DNA from: Schmidtea polychroa
Taxonomy: Eukaryota
NCBI GenBank assembly: GCA_044892525.1
Contig: CM097885.1
Coordinates: forward strand, 9,178,001-9,242,000
Direction: 5' to 3'
DNA: 64,000 bases
The position numbers and the translations under genes were made by a program. Positions within the stretch are counted from its first letter, which is position 1. Every line of letters starts with the position of its first letter. Positions 1-15,314 of the stretch are shown here, piece after piece. The notes under the pieces are model-generated. The model searched no databases and was not told the origin of the DNA. It saw only the letters and a program-made list of their open reading frames with translations.

Positions 1-674
1 ATTACTGAATATTATTCCAACTTTTTGTTAATAAATTTTAAAATTTTACTAAATTTACTCATTATATTACTTATTTAAAAATTATTACATTTATTTACTT
101 ATTTAAAAATTTTGACCATTGATTACTTAATTTTTCAATTTGGATCTTAATTAACTCTAATTTTAAATTTTAGACCTTAATTTACTTTAATTTAATTTTT
201 TAGAATCTTACTTTACTTATTTGAGTCTTAATTAACTTTAACTGAAAAAATTTAGACCTAAATTAACTTTAATTTTAAATTTTAGACCATAATTTGCTTT
301 AATTCAAAAATTTACCATGATTTTTTAGTGTAAACCCCCCTTTTTTATTGAAAATCACAGGACCAAGGTGACCAATCATTACAATCTAAATAATTCCATG
401 CTTTTTAGTGTAGACCACCTTTTTCTATTGAAATTCTCAGGACCATCGAGACTCCTTCACTATAGTCTGAATAATCCATGCTTTTTTTATTGATAGCCGG
501 ATTTTGTATTGCAATTCTCAGGACCAAGGAGACCCATCCAAATAATACTGACTTATCCTTGGCTCTTTGTATTATGTAATCAAAAAATATGTCTACGGCA
601 AAAATTATGCAATCACAAGTTGCAACATTTTTACCCCCCCCCCTATTGTTTCCGGGAGCCCCTAACTTCCTACT
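1..674. mobile_element. Right terminal region (TIR) of a Polinton/Maverick-like element, family B; remainder lies before the window
   Basis: Ends ...CCTAACTTCCTACT (674). Colinear with 58780-59613 and inverse-colinear with 49205-50250 (same AATTTACTTTAATT arrays and TTTTAGTGTAGACC / CAGGACCATCGAGAC units). Confidence 0.75.
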
Positions 675-686
675 TATATGTTTCAT

Positions 687-1639
<953 letters not shown>

Positions 1640-2393
1640 CATATTTATCGAAATGACTTCTATTTATATTTTGAACATCTATTAATTATAATGATAATAT
1701 GAATGCATTTTTTATACATGTATCTTCTATTTATCTTTATTTGGTTATTCGTTTTTAATAAAATTCCCATTTTTTCGATTTTTCTTTTTGAATTAGATGC
1801 AAAATAATTTTTCTATATATTGTCCTGCATATGCTTTAATTTCCATACAGGTAATTTAAACAATGTTACATTTTCATGTATGTGAGGAACCCAGGATGGA
1901 TAATGACCTACCGAGCTTTTTTCCAATTTACAGGGTAACATTATTACGGAAACAGGTTTGAAGATGGTCTTTTCTCTTAATTTTTCTATTATCTGAATAG
2001 ATACAAATCCATCTAGTTTACAGGTTTTGACCCAATAGTCACTATGTGCGTAAACAGGACCTCGTGCAAATAACCCCACATATCTGAATTGAGGTGTTTC
2101 TCTCCTTTTTTACAGTTTCGGTGATAGGAAGTTGCTATTTTATGAAAATACAAAAATAAGGTATAAATAAAGATATAAGAGATTAAATGAAGTGCATTTA
2201 CGAAAATTGTTACATACATACATTACATTGCGGGTAATAAAATATACTGCTTAACTGTGTTATTAAATAATTGAAGTGTCATTTAAACAAGAAACATGCG
2301 CAAAGATGACCAAAAAATTAAAGGATTTTACTAATAAAAATAAATTATCAATCATGTAAATAAAGAGGTGAAATAAATAAATAGAATAATTTT

Positions 2394-2818
2394 TTATTTT
2401 CTTTTATAATATCTACAGAATAAATTGTAATATTTGTTTGAACAGTCATTAGTGTTGCAGTAAAGTGATCCACAGGACAAACATTTGACATTGGGATTTG
2501 ATATGTTGATCTTATTATTTGTTATAAACTTTTGATCGTGCAGTATTGACAAGGGCCGCATCAATCCTTGGGGAATTTTCCTTTCATTAATTAATGTCTG
2601 CTTTTGATAGAACCTCATTTCTTCCAAACGTTTATGAAAATATTTGCTTGAATTTTCATTTGATTCTTGTTTTTCATGTTCGACAAAATTATATGAAGAT
2701 TTAGGACGATTTAATTTTGGGGTTGGAGATTTATTCTCCTTGTGAGATTTTTTATTTGAAGTTATGTAGAGAAACACTTTTCTGGTGCTCTGATATTGTG
2801 ACAATTGGGTTGATGATC
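2394..2818 (-). CDS. Possible terminal exon of an unidentified host gene
   Basis: 136-aa ORF with a C-terminal CxxCx4Cx4C cluster, preceded by a TTTTTCCAG acceptor. Further exon-like segments lie upstream (e.g. donor near 4800). No family recognised. Confidence 0.3.
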
Positions 2819-4084
2819 TGGAAAAAGATAATTAGTAATTTATTAATAATTTTTTCAGAAGACTTAATATTTATGGGCTCAGTTGTATTGAAAAATTATA
2901 ATTATATATGTTGATGTTGAATAATCTATGAAAATAGCGAATTCATCATTGCCGCCAGAAATTAGTCAAAGTTAAGTAAAAAATAAAAATTTAGAAATCA
3001 AATTACCAAAAAACTAAAATAAGATAATTTCAGGATTAAAAGAAATAGGAATTATATAGTAAAATTTTTAAGTATTATAGAATATTTAAGAAAATAGCCA
3101 CTATTCGGATTGTCAGCTGTTACAACATTATTATCTGTTTCTAAATCACTAAATAATTCCATAAATTTTATTTAATAGATTATACACTCAAAAACCTATC
3201 TTTTCTTTAGTTTGTTATTTAAACAAATTTCAATCTTTCTTTTAAAATATTTTTAGATAAAAATATTTTTTAAAAATGCTAAATTTCAATTTTCTTTTTA
3301 AATTTTTTTCAATAAAAATATTTTTTAAATTTAACAAAATTTCAAATTATAACTTTAATAATCTTTCAACTTCCTCGTAGCCATATCAATCATAGTGGCG
3401 AAATTAAAAATGCAGAATAATGCAGAAGATCCATGATCGCCGATATCTGCTACAAGGCCAAAGTGGGAAAATGCTTCAAAGAAATGTTGAAAAGATGAAG
3501 AAACTTCTTAAAGAAAAGGGATGTGAGGTGTTTTCAGCTGAGAGTTAAATATTTCAAAGGTTTATCAAAATAATTTTAAATTGTAAATAATTGACTATTA
3601 AAAAAAATTTTAAATAATTTTTAAATTGGATTTTTCAAGTTGAAATTTTTAAATTAAAAATTAAAATAGCTTTTTTAAAAAGAAGTTTTTTTTTAATGAA
3701 AAATTTTAAATAAATATGTTTTAAATATTGAAATATTTTGATAAATGGTTTTGAAAATATTTTATTCAACGAGGAAAATTTGTTTGGAAATTATACAATA
3801 TTTCATTAAATAAATATTTGGAATTATGTCTTTAACTTTTGAACCGGATTTAAAAAATAATTTAGAAGATTTTTTAGAAGTTTCTAATAATCAGTATTAT
3901 GAGAAACTTAAAAGTTTTCGAATCATAATACAATATCAAGTAATGAGAAAACTATTTAGGAACTGACCGTCATGAAACAAATAAATGCTTTATAAATTCA
4001 CGCGTAACAATTTCCGCCGAACGAGATAAATAATAATTAGCATGTTTTGACTTTATGTATTTCGAATTTATTAATTACTCAACT

Positions 4085-4190
4085 GGTATAAAGTGGTAAA
4101 GCAACCTTGTACTCTGGGTTACGCTGGAAAAATTACGAAAAGGTATAGTTTGGTTACCTATAACCCACAGAGTCAAAATTATGAAAACTG
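4085..4190 (-). repeat. Fragment of dispersed repeat R
   Basis: CTGGGTTACGCTGGAAAA...GGTTACCTATAACCCAC is the reverse complement of ~47690-47790. Confidence 0.6.
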
Positions 4191-5924
4191 TTTGGTTTTT
4201 GTTTTCACTGAGAATTTTATTTAACGACAAATAAAAATACCATAAATAGAGTTACTCAATTTAATGTATTTTTTAATATTAATTTTAAGTTTTAATAGTT
4301 CTTATAACGCAATTCATTCTGTCACAATTGTCAGGTGAATATTAAATGTTACGAAGAGCAGTATATGGTTATAAAAATCCCTGTTAGAATAATTTTTTAA
4401 AGTCCAGAAAAAATATTATTGAGAGTGATGCATCAGGGTATCCCACGCGGCACTTTGCGTAAGAAAAAATAATTTTTTCAGAATAAAGAAATATTTAAAT
4501 AAATATTGCAATTTTACAATAATTTTTAAAGTGGTAATATTAGTTGTGCTCTAAAAGTATTTAAAAGATCACATAAATGCTTTAATACACCTGTTGTTTA
4601 AAATGAGCTATAATTTTAATTCTGCAATAGATAATCGAAAGCTTAAATAAATTAGATGGAATCTTAAAATTATTAATCTTAATCCTAAATTAATTTTTTA
4701 ATATATTTTATAGCTCACTTTTATTTATATAAGAGTAAAGGTAATATTAGAGCATATTTAATAACCACCCAATTTTAAATATTCATTTATTTTTATTTTA
4801 CCTTGATAAATTGTAAAAGTTCTGGCTGGAATATTGAAGGGGAGTCGAACTGAGCTCTGATTTATTCTGATATTTTCTGGCACTCTACAAATCATCACTA
4901 CCACATTATAAATTGGAATTATAATTTAATATAATAAATATAAAAATTTTATAAAAATACGACATACTGAATGGTTGCGTTCGTAGAAGTGGCAAGACTG
5001 GCATTTCATCAACGTGTCAAACATCAAATGAGGTTATGAGATGTCATCTTGTTGAAAGGAGAATAAATTTCAATAAAAATTAAAACTGTCCCATTAAGAC
5101 GAGTAAGAAAAAATAAATTTCTGCATGCCATTATGAACAGTAAAAAAAACAATCACCAGTCTGGGATTTTTATGACATAATTTCAGATGAGGAATTATGT
5201 TGAGCAAATAAATTTCCTTTAAGAATGGGAATAATATGTCAAATTCAACACTGAGAGGTCATAGATTATTTATACGTACATATCTGTAACAATTCGTTTA
5301 TGATCAGATTTCCATCTCCTCTCTGTTTGTTCACTCAGCCCAATTCGAAAGAAAAAAGAGTTTGTAAAATTATTTCCTTTCTTTTTACATTAATGTTGCG
5401 CAGCATCATTTTATCAATATTTTCTAGTACAGAACTCATTTTCATTTAAAAAATTTAATAAAAAAATCTAATAAATGTAAAAAAATTGCAAATTTTGCAA
5501 AAAAAAACAATTAAAATTATTAATAAATCATACAATATGGGTTTCAAGAATAAAAGTTGTAATAAGTTTTACCCCTCACTCCTTGTGTTCCCTACACTTG
5601 GGAAATATTTCATAATAATTTATAATTGAAATTTAATTCAGGACTTTCAAAACTCTCATGGACAGAGACCCGCTTTCAAAAATGGAAATTTTCCTTGTCC
5701 TACGCAAAGGGCCGAGTAAAATTAAAAAAACTTAATTTTTTTCAGTTTTTTATTTAATATATATTTTTAATATATATTTTATTATCATAAATCTAGCTAG
5801 AAAATTTAAAAAGTATTTATTTAACAAATAAAATATTACAGCTAATCAGATTTACTCATTTTAATTAAATTATTAAATTAATAAAACATTATAGCTATGA
5901 CTAAAAGTCACCTTTTGGGCATTA

Positions 5925-6280
5925 GCATAACTACGGGGTCGCAGGTCCCGCAACGGCCCATTTTCAAACCTTAAAAAATGAAATATTTTAAATAATAAAT
6001 GCACAGCAGAAAGGCCATTTTTGAAACTTAAGTTCATCAAAAATTATTTTCGTAATTCGATGGGTCAAGAACGCCTTAGTGGTTTAGCCTTGTTGAGAAT
6101 TGAAGCCTTACGGGCAAAAGTTATAGATGGTGACCAGCTCATTGACCGATTTGCAGAGATATAGAGACGTCGCAAAGACTTGTCTTAGAATACTCATCTC
6201 TACTCATAGTACTGTACTAAATACAAAATTGTTGTTGATTTATGATTTGATAACATTTCAGTAACATTTTCATTAATAAC
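5925..6280 (+). mobile_element. hAT transposon relic (C-terminal dimerization domain), interrupted by element A
   Basis: 6003-6164 translates to TAERPFLKLKFIKNYFRNSMGQERLSGLALLRIEALRAKVIDGDQLIDRFAEI*, matching the hAT dimerization consensus SAERSFSKLKLIKNYLRSTMxQERL. Confidence 0.8.
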
Positions 6281-6825
6281 AGTAGTAGGATTGGGGCCAT
6301 CCAGATCAGGGGCCCTCTGGATCACATACCCCTCCCCCCTGGGAAAAAATTTTTTAGAACGATGCCACATATTTTTAGAACTATTACGTAACCAATGCCT
6401 AATATTTTTAGAACTGTTACGTAATTTTTTTAAATTAAGTGATCTGGCGGGCTCACATTTTTTTTCATCCCAAAAATTAATGTTCTCGTCAACAAATTTT
6501 ATTAACCGATACCTCATCTTAAAGCTCAGTCCAAGACCTTTCGAATGAGTTATAGGTATCTTATATATCTTTAATAGTTTTAATGTTATTAACAATTGAT
6601 GACCACCATCTTTTCAACGTTAAATTATTATTATTTTCCAAAATATTATTAAGTGATCTGGCGGGCTCACACTTGTTTTCATCCCAAAAATTAATGTTCC
6701 CATTATCCGAATTTATTGGACGATACCTCATCTTAAAGCTCAGTGCAAGACCTTTCGAATGAGCTATTGAAGGTATCATCATCATTAATATTAACAAAGA
6801 GAATGACTCACCCAATGACTCACCC

Positions 6826-7190
6826 AACGATGTCTAATATTTTTAGAATGATTACGTAATAATTTTTAGAACGATGCCTAATATTTTTAGAACGATGTCT
6901 AATATTTTTAGAACGATGCCTAATATTTTTAGAACGATGCCTAATATTTTTAGAATGATTACGTCATAATTTTAGAACGATGTCTAATATTTTTAGAACG
7001 ATGCCTAATATTTTTAGAATGGTGCCTCTTATTTTTAGAACGATGCCTAATATTTTTAGAACGATGCCTAATATTTTTAGAATGATTACGTAATAATTTT
7101 AGAACGATGCCTCATATTTTTAGAACGATGCCTCTTATTTTTAGAATGATTACGTCATATTTTTAGAACGATGCCTCTTATTTTTAGAAC
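6826..7190. repeat. ~21-bp minisatellite (TTTTAGAACGATGCCTAATAT)n inside the TIR, mirrored at ~14405-14770
   Basis: Seen directly; variant units carry TTACGTAA / TTACGTCA. Confidence 0.9.
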
Positions 7191-7410
7191 TAATAATTTT
7201 GTTTTAATTATCGATTATATAATAATTTAATTTTGTTTAAATCGTTGATTATATAATTTGTTTAAATCATTGATTATATAATTTTTTGTTTTAATTATCG
7301 AATACGTAATAATATAATTTTGTTTAAATCGTTGATTAAATATTATTATTTTTTAATTTTCAATATTTTCTTTTAAAATATTAACGCACGCGTGGAAGTT
7401 GTTATTATTA

Positions 7411-7475
7411 TATATAATCTATCCGACAAAATATTCTGTCCCCCTATGGGTAATGGTCACAAAGGTACTGCTAAA
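7411..7475 (+). promoter_or_regulatory. Conserved cassette: TATATA + TCCGACAAAATATTCTGTCCCCCTATGGGTA + 15-bp repeats (copy 1 of 8)
   Basis: Other copies at ~7785-7885, 9968-10070, 11827-11915(-), 13750-13850(-), 14120-14185(-), 52298-52410 and 55570-55712(-). Regulatory role is inferred. Confidence 0.5.
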
Positions 7476-7619
7476 ACTTTAACATATTATTACACACAAT
7501 GTAGAAAAAATATTATTAGTGTCCACACATGCTACAAGTTAGTATTCTTATCAATAGCTCATCTTAAAGTCTAGTGTAAGATCTATCTAATGATATATTA
7601 TTATTATAATTGGTAAAGA

Positions 7620-7731
<112 letters not shown>

Positions 7732-10700
7732 GGTAAAGATATTAACACCTGCGCGAAAGATGTTATTATTATTATGATTATTATTATATAATCCGAGTCT
7801 ATCCGACAAAATATTCTGTCCCCCTATGGGTATTGCTCATATGGGTAATGGTCACAAGGGTACTACTTACACTCAACAAGGGTTTTCGATCTTAAAGCAT
7901 ATTATGGTTTATTAGGGTTAGTAAATAAAACTTATCACACACACTTTAATATTTAAACGATAAAAATAAAGACAAGAGAGGACAAGGCAAAGTGTATGCA
8001 TTTAGTATTGCCAGGCCTAATGAGCAGTGACCAAATATCTGTGCCTGAAAGACACGGTGGATATTTGTTCGCGTCCACAAGGGTCGTCTGTGCCTCCCCC
8101 AAGTGGGGTCAGAAGAACCTGGGCATTATAGCTTTCCGTACGGAACATTACGCCTAGCATGGGTAGTCAACTACCAGCACATTCGAAACGTATAATTTCA
8201 AAATACATGCGTCATTGGCACTATAACCAAATTAATTAATGTTTTCACTAACACAAATATATATTTACAGAGGCCTCCCACTAGTTGGATTACAACCGCC
8301 CACCACGACGATCAGCTTGTAAATATATATTAATTAAGGGATAAAGAGGACCCACCCAACCCTATTATATTTAATTTACAAATTTTTCTCGCTCTTCTGC
8401 CGGTAATCTATCTCAAAATTATCATCTCCATCGGGCCATTTGGAATACATCTTGCAAATTGGACGTATTTCTTAGTTTCTGATGCGGCGTCAACTATCAT
8501 TGCTAAAATTTATATTGATTTAATAGCAATTAACTTACATTATCTAGCATTTTATCGTCACAGGCTTGATAAATTAGGCAACTGTTATTTGTGGTATACT
8601 TTTTCAATGTCATTTCCCACCATAAAACACAGATACCTAAATATAATATATATATTTTAAAGAATTAATTCATGTCTTACATTAATAATAATATTCTTCA
8701 GGTAGTACTTTACAATATCTAATTGCTAAAACATCGGTTTTTCCCATTTTTCTTGACATTCGTTGAAAGTTTACATAATTTAAGTCTGATAATTCATGTT
8801 GAAGGACACCCACAATCAGCTAATTCATTTAAGAAATCCAGAACATAGCAATGTTTCACCATTTTGTCTGGTTCATTTTCTTCTATAATTCATGTTTTAA
8901 TAAGAAATTTCTAAATCCAGAACATAAGTCATTTAGTGTTTCACCATTTTATCTGGTTCATCTTCTTCATAATTATATAAGTCATAATAGAAATATGGTT
9001 AGAAATATATATTATAAAGTAACAATTATTTTCTAATTTAATTAGATGACCATTAGACGTAATATAATAAACTTCAAAGGGGTTAAAATAAGTGTTAGAA
9101 TTATTCATTATTGGATTATGGAAGGTCAATGAAAACATACAGAGAAGTGGCATGGATATATATTAATTGTATTTATTTAAAATTATTTCATAAAATTCAT
9201 AAATTTCATAAAAATTCATAAAAACGTTCACTTTAATAAAAAAATATTTAATACAATTTTAAAAGAAATATTTAGTGTAAAATAGTAAATTAAATATAAT
9301 TGCTAATATTAAAGGACTTAATCAAAATTTAAAATATGAATTTATCATAATTACTCTGTCAAATACCCTTCACGGTTTCTTATGTAATAAAATAATCATT
9401 TGGGGATTAAATACTTTATTAAATAAAAGTTTATCGCATTATTAAAATATTTTAATTCGTGAGTAGCTCATATAATAGAAATAATTTTATTTATATATCC
9501 TCATCACTTATAGCCGCCTATTCTCGATTTCCCAATAATTATTATCATTTAAATTCTCCGGGCAAATATTTCTTTTAAAATTGTATTAAATATTTTTTTA
9601 TTAAAGTGAACGTTTTTATGAATTTTTATGAATTTTATGAAATAATTTTAAATAAATACAATTAATATATATCCATGCCACTTCTCTGTATGTTTTCATT
9701 GACCTTCCATAATCCAATAATGAATAATTCTAACACTTATTTTAACCCCTTTGAAGTTTATTATAATTTTATGACAGAATAATAAATAATTTCCTCACTT
9801 TAATGAAGATTCTTACCACCTGAGAATAATATTGTTAATTTATCTCGGTGTTATTAAAATTATCTTTCGACTTTACGCTTCTTAACATTTTAGAATAAGA
9901 TTTTTTATCAAAATTTGTGTTAATTTGACTGATTCAATTTGATGGAGTTATTGTTAATTCGTTTTATTATATATACTCTGAGTTTATCCGACAAGATATT
10001 TTCTCCCTCTATGGGTACTGCTCACAATTGGTACTGCTCGTAAGGGTACTGGTCGTAAAGGTACTGGTGTGTTTTAATGATTTTATTTAGGCAAATTTTT
10101 GGTTATTATTTAGCATTAAATTCATTGGTAATTTTTAGAGTTAGCGGGATTTTACTAACATTATTACTAACCTTTTTGTGAATAATTGAAAGAATATTTT
10201 GAAATTTAACGTTTTAGTGTTAATTCTAAGACAAATTTAATTAATTTCTTGATAATTTGCTATATTTTATTGACTTGTTTTTAAATTTACTTTTAAATAA
10301 AAATTATTTTTAATGACAGTTAGGTTAATAATTAGAGTTTTTACAATAATCAAGTGATTATTATTTAATTTTTGTAAAAATTATTGTAAAATATACTGAA
10401 ATTTGTGATTTTGAAAGATATATCACGTTATAATTGCTATATAATTAGTTGAATCGATGAAGAATTATGATCAATCAATATATTTCATCTCTAGTTAGGT
10501 ATTTGATGGTAAATGTGGTGAAATATTTGTAGAAAATATTGATTTTAGTGAATTTTGATCTTTTAGTGGGCTCTTACTACATGAATTTAGATACTAAATT
10601 ATTTCAATGGAAGGATGTCTGTAACAATTAAATAAAATTCATATTTTGAAGAATTTTCTATGGATTTTAAGAGAATTGATATATTAAAGGTCTGATATAT

Positions 10701-12653
10701 TAAAGTCGGTTGGTTAAGATGGTAATATATGATTTTTAAGGGGGTGTTTAAAATGATAGAAATATTTGGTGAGGGATCGGTTAAGGTGGAAATGTTTGAA
10801 ATCTCTATTTAAATCGACAATGTTCTTATTGGTAAAATATCAAATTTTCAAAGGAAATAGTCAGTATTTAGCTATGAATTAATAATAATTCCAGTGAACT
10901 TATATCGTTTTAGAGGTTTATTAGGTCGTGATGAATGTTATTGCACAGTAATTTAGATTTATGTTTTAGAACCAGTTTTTTATTAATTATCCACTGTTTT
11001 ATTAAGTCGTTTAGGGTTAATGATCAATTTACTTGGTTTTCACAATGAAATATTTGAAATCTTTAGAATTAATTGGGATTGATATCAAAGGTTATTGCTT
11101 TAAATTATTTACTTAAGAAGTTATTTTATTCATTGTGGGGACATCAGTGACAAAACTTGAGAAATATTGACTTAAAAGTTGGAAATCAACAACAGCTAAA
11201 GAAAGTTGATCTTTATTGAAGGAATTTTATGATTTTAATTAGATTTCTAGAAATTAAATCGGTTGAATATTAAAGGTAAAATCTATTGAAGGAATATTAT
11301 TATCGGATGGATAAATCTTTCAATGATATTTTGCTAAATTACCTTTGCTAAATATTATTTTAAATGACTAAAAATAACAAAATTAACCAATATTCATAAA
11401 TTTATCGCACAAAATATCCATGTTTTGGTTACTCAAACATCTTAAATTTCTCGCAAAGATATATTACGTCTAATGATCATCTAATTAAATTAGAAAATAA
11501 TTGTTACTTTATAATATATATTTCTAACTAATAAGCCCCTTAATTGGATAAATGATAACCATATTTCTATTATGACTCCTTTAATTATTTTTGCCTCAAA
11601 CAAATTTACTCTAAATGATAAAGAATTTAAAATTATCAATGAATAATGACCATGTTTTTCTCATATTATTAACTATTGTAACGAACATTAGATGAATAAA
11701 TTATCTTTTGCTTTAAATGTCTAAAACGTTAACCAATAAATTAGTCGCTCGACATAAGTGTAAAGTTACATTTAAAATATTCACAAATTTCTGATTATCT
11801 TACCTAAGAATTTCTAAATGAATAATATACCCTTGCGACTTGTTGAGTGTGACCAGTACCCTTGCTAGCAATACCCATAGGGGGACAGAATATTTTGTCG
11901 GAAACTAGGAGTATATGGTCTTTATTGATATATCAAAATACTGTTATTTATAAATCAACTAAAAATACTCAAAAATACTATATTATTTTACTGAATGATA
12001 CCTTAAATGTTTTTAATATACATATTTCTAAAATAAATAAACAGTTCAAACCAACAACATGTATGCAAGACCACCCATTGTTAATTTATTCCCAGTGTCA
12101 CGTCCCTCAAAAATGCCGTGAGTGTTTTAACAAAACTGAGCTAAAAGAAACTTTCCAGATAACAACTCACCTGAATGTTTTGAACAAAAATGAGCGAAAT
12201 TGAGAACAAACGATTAGATGGCGATTAAATTCTGGCCACAACCCTAACAACATGAAAATTAAGATTTTAATTATTGAATTCGTTGTTTTCTGCCTGGAAA
12301 TACTAACAGAATATTTTTTAATTCAAAGAATCTTCATTATAAATATTTGAATTTAAAAAATTAAATGAAGGATATATAAGTGTACATAAAATTATATAAA
12401 ATTATACTATATTTATTAATAAATTTAGAATACATAAAATTATACTATATAATAATATTAATGTTTAAATATGCTTAAATAACTAAATTGTTTAAATATT
12501 TTTAAATAACTAAAATTAAATTATTTAAATTTAAATTATTTAAATATACTTTTGATATAACTTTATTTCTTTCGTTTTAGTATCCATAAAGTAAGTAAAT
12601 AAAGAATTTACTACAATATTTTAATTATTTTACTTAGTAATGAAGAAAATGAA

Positions 12654-13902
12654 TTATATAATTATGAAGAAGATGAACCAGATAAAATGGTGAAACACTA
12701 AATGACTTATGTTCTGGATTTAGAAATTTCTTATTAAAACATGAATTATAGAAGAAAATGAACCAGACAAAATGGTGAAACATTGCTATGTTCTGGATTT
12801 CTTAAATGAATTAGCTGATTGTGGGTGTCCTTCAACATGAATTATCAGACTTAAATTATGTAAACTTTCAACGAATGTCAAGAAAAATGGGAAAAACCGA
12901 TGTTTTAGCAATTAGATATTGTAAAGTACTACCTGAAGAATATTATTATTAATGTAAGACATGAATTAATTCTTTAAAATATATATATTATATTTAGGTA
13001 TCTGTGTTTTATGGTGGGAAATGACATTGAAAAAGTATACCACAAATAACAGTTGCCTAATTTATCAAGCCTGTGACGATAAAATGCTAGATAATGTAAG
13101 TTAATTGCTATTAAATCAATATAAATTTTAGCAATGATAGTTGACGCCGCATCAGAAACTAAGAAATACGTCCAATTTGCAAGATGTATTCCAAATGGCC
13201 CGATGGAGATGATAATTTTGAGATAGATTACCGGCAGAAGAGCGAGAAAAATTTGTAAATTAAATATAATAGGGTTGGGTGGGTCCTCTTTATCCCTTAA
13301 TTAATATATATTTACAAGCTGATCGTCGTGGTGGGCGGTTGTAATCCAACTAGTGGGAGGCCTCTGTAAATATATATTTGTGTTAGTGAAAACATTAATT
13401 AATTTGGTTATAGTGCCAATGACGCATGTATTTTGAAATTATACGTTTCGAATGTGCTGGTAGTTGACTACCCATGCTAGGCGTAATGTTCCGTACGGAA
13501 AGCTATAATGCCCAGGTTCTTCTGACCCCACTTGGGGGAGGCACAGACGACCCTTGTGGACGCGAACAAATATCCACCGTGTCTTTCAGGCACAGATATT
13601 TGGTCACTGCTCATTAGGCCTGGCAATACTAAATGCATACACTTTGCCTTGTCCTCTCTTGTCTTTATTTTTATCGTTTAAATATTAAAGTGTGTGTGAT
13701 AAGTTTTATTTACTAACCCTAATAAACCATAATATGCTTTAAGATCGAAAACCCTTGTTGAGTGTAAGTAGTACCCTTGTGACCATTACCCATATGAGCA
13801 ATACCCATAGGGGGACAGAATATTTTGTCGGATAGACTCGGATTATATAATAATAATCATAATAATAATAACATCTTTCGCGCAGGTGTTAATATCTTTA
13901 CC

Positions 13903-13975
<73 letters not shown>

Positions 13976-15314
13976 TCTTTACCAATTATAATAATAATAT
14001 ATCATTAGATAGATCTTACACTAGACTTTAAGATGAGCTATTGATAAGAATACTAACTTGTAGCATGTGTGGACACTAATAATATTTTTTCTACATTGTG
14101 TGTAATAATATGTTAAAGTTTTAGCAGTACCTTTGTGACCATTACCCATAGGGGGACAGAATATTTTGTCGGATAGATTATATATAATAATAACAACTTC
14201 CACGCGTGCGTTAATATTTTAAAAGAAAATATTGAAAATTAAAAAATAATAATATTTAATCAACGATTTAAACAAAATTATATTATTACGTATTCGATAA
14301 TTAAAACAAAAAATTATATAATCAATGATTTAAACAAATTATATAATCAACGATTTAAACAAAATTAAATTATTATATAATCGATAATTAAAACAAAATT
14401 ATTAGTTCTAAAAATAAGAGGCATCGTTCTAAAAATATGACGTAATCATTCTAAAAATAAGAGGCATCGTTCTAAAAATATGAGGCATCGTTCTAAAATT
14501 ATTACGTAATCATTCTAAAAATATTAGGCATCGTTCTAAAAATATTAGGCATCGTTCTAAAAATAAGAGGCACCATTCTAAAAATATTAGGCATCGTTCT
14601 AAAAATATTAGACATCGTTCTAAAATTATGACGTAATCATTCTAAAAATATTAGGCATCGTTCTAAAAATATTAGGCATCGTTCTAAAAATATTAGACAT
14701 CGTTCTAAAAATATTAGGCATCGTTCTAAAAATTATTACGTAATCATTCTAAAAATATTAGACATCGTTGGGTGAGTCATTGGGTGAGTCATTCTCTTTG
14801 TTAATATTAATGATGATGATACCTTCAATAGCTCATTCGAAAGGTCTTGCACTGAGCTTTAAGATGAGGTATCGTCCAATAAATTCGGATAATGGGAACA
14901 TTAATTTTTGGGATGAAAACAAGTGTGAGCCCGCCAGATCACTTAATAATATTTTGGAAAATAATAATAATTTAACGTTGAAAAGATGGTGGTCATCAAT
15001 TGTTAATAACATTAAAACTATTAAAGATATATAAGATACCTATAACTCATTCGAAAGGTCTTGGACTGAGCTTTAAGATGAGGTATCGGTTAATAAAATT
15101 TGTTAACGAGAACATTAATTTTTGGGATGAAAAAAAATGTGAGCCCGCCAGATCACTTAATTTAAAAAAATTACGTAATAGTTCTAAAAATATTAGGCAT
15201 TGGTTACGTAATAGTTCTAAAAATATGTGGCATCGTTCTAAAAAATTTTTTCCCAGGGGGGAGGGGTATGTGATCCAGAGGGCCCCTGATCTGGATGGCC
15301 CCAATCCTACTACT
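12654..15314 (-). repeat. Right TIR of element A
   Basis: Reverse complement of 6281-8980. Confidence 0.95.

Noticed and set aside
1813..2079. 88-aa ORF as a gene
   Set aside because: Non-ATG start and no recognisable motif; it may be an exon but this is unsupported.
6826..7190. CRISPR-like array
   Set aside because: Units are contiguous tandem repeats without unique spacers; eukaryotic context and no cas genes.
10080..11400. pPolB or capsid remnants in the shared core
   Set aside because: No motif recognisable by eye; needs a frameshift-aware HMM search.
9972..11914. Internal Tc1/mariner MITE with a TA TSD defined by the conserved cassette
   Set aside because: Homology continues outward past the TA in several copies, so the boundary is not an insertion junction.
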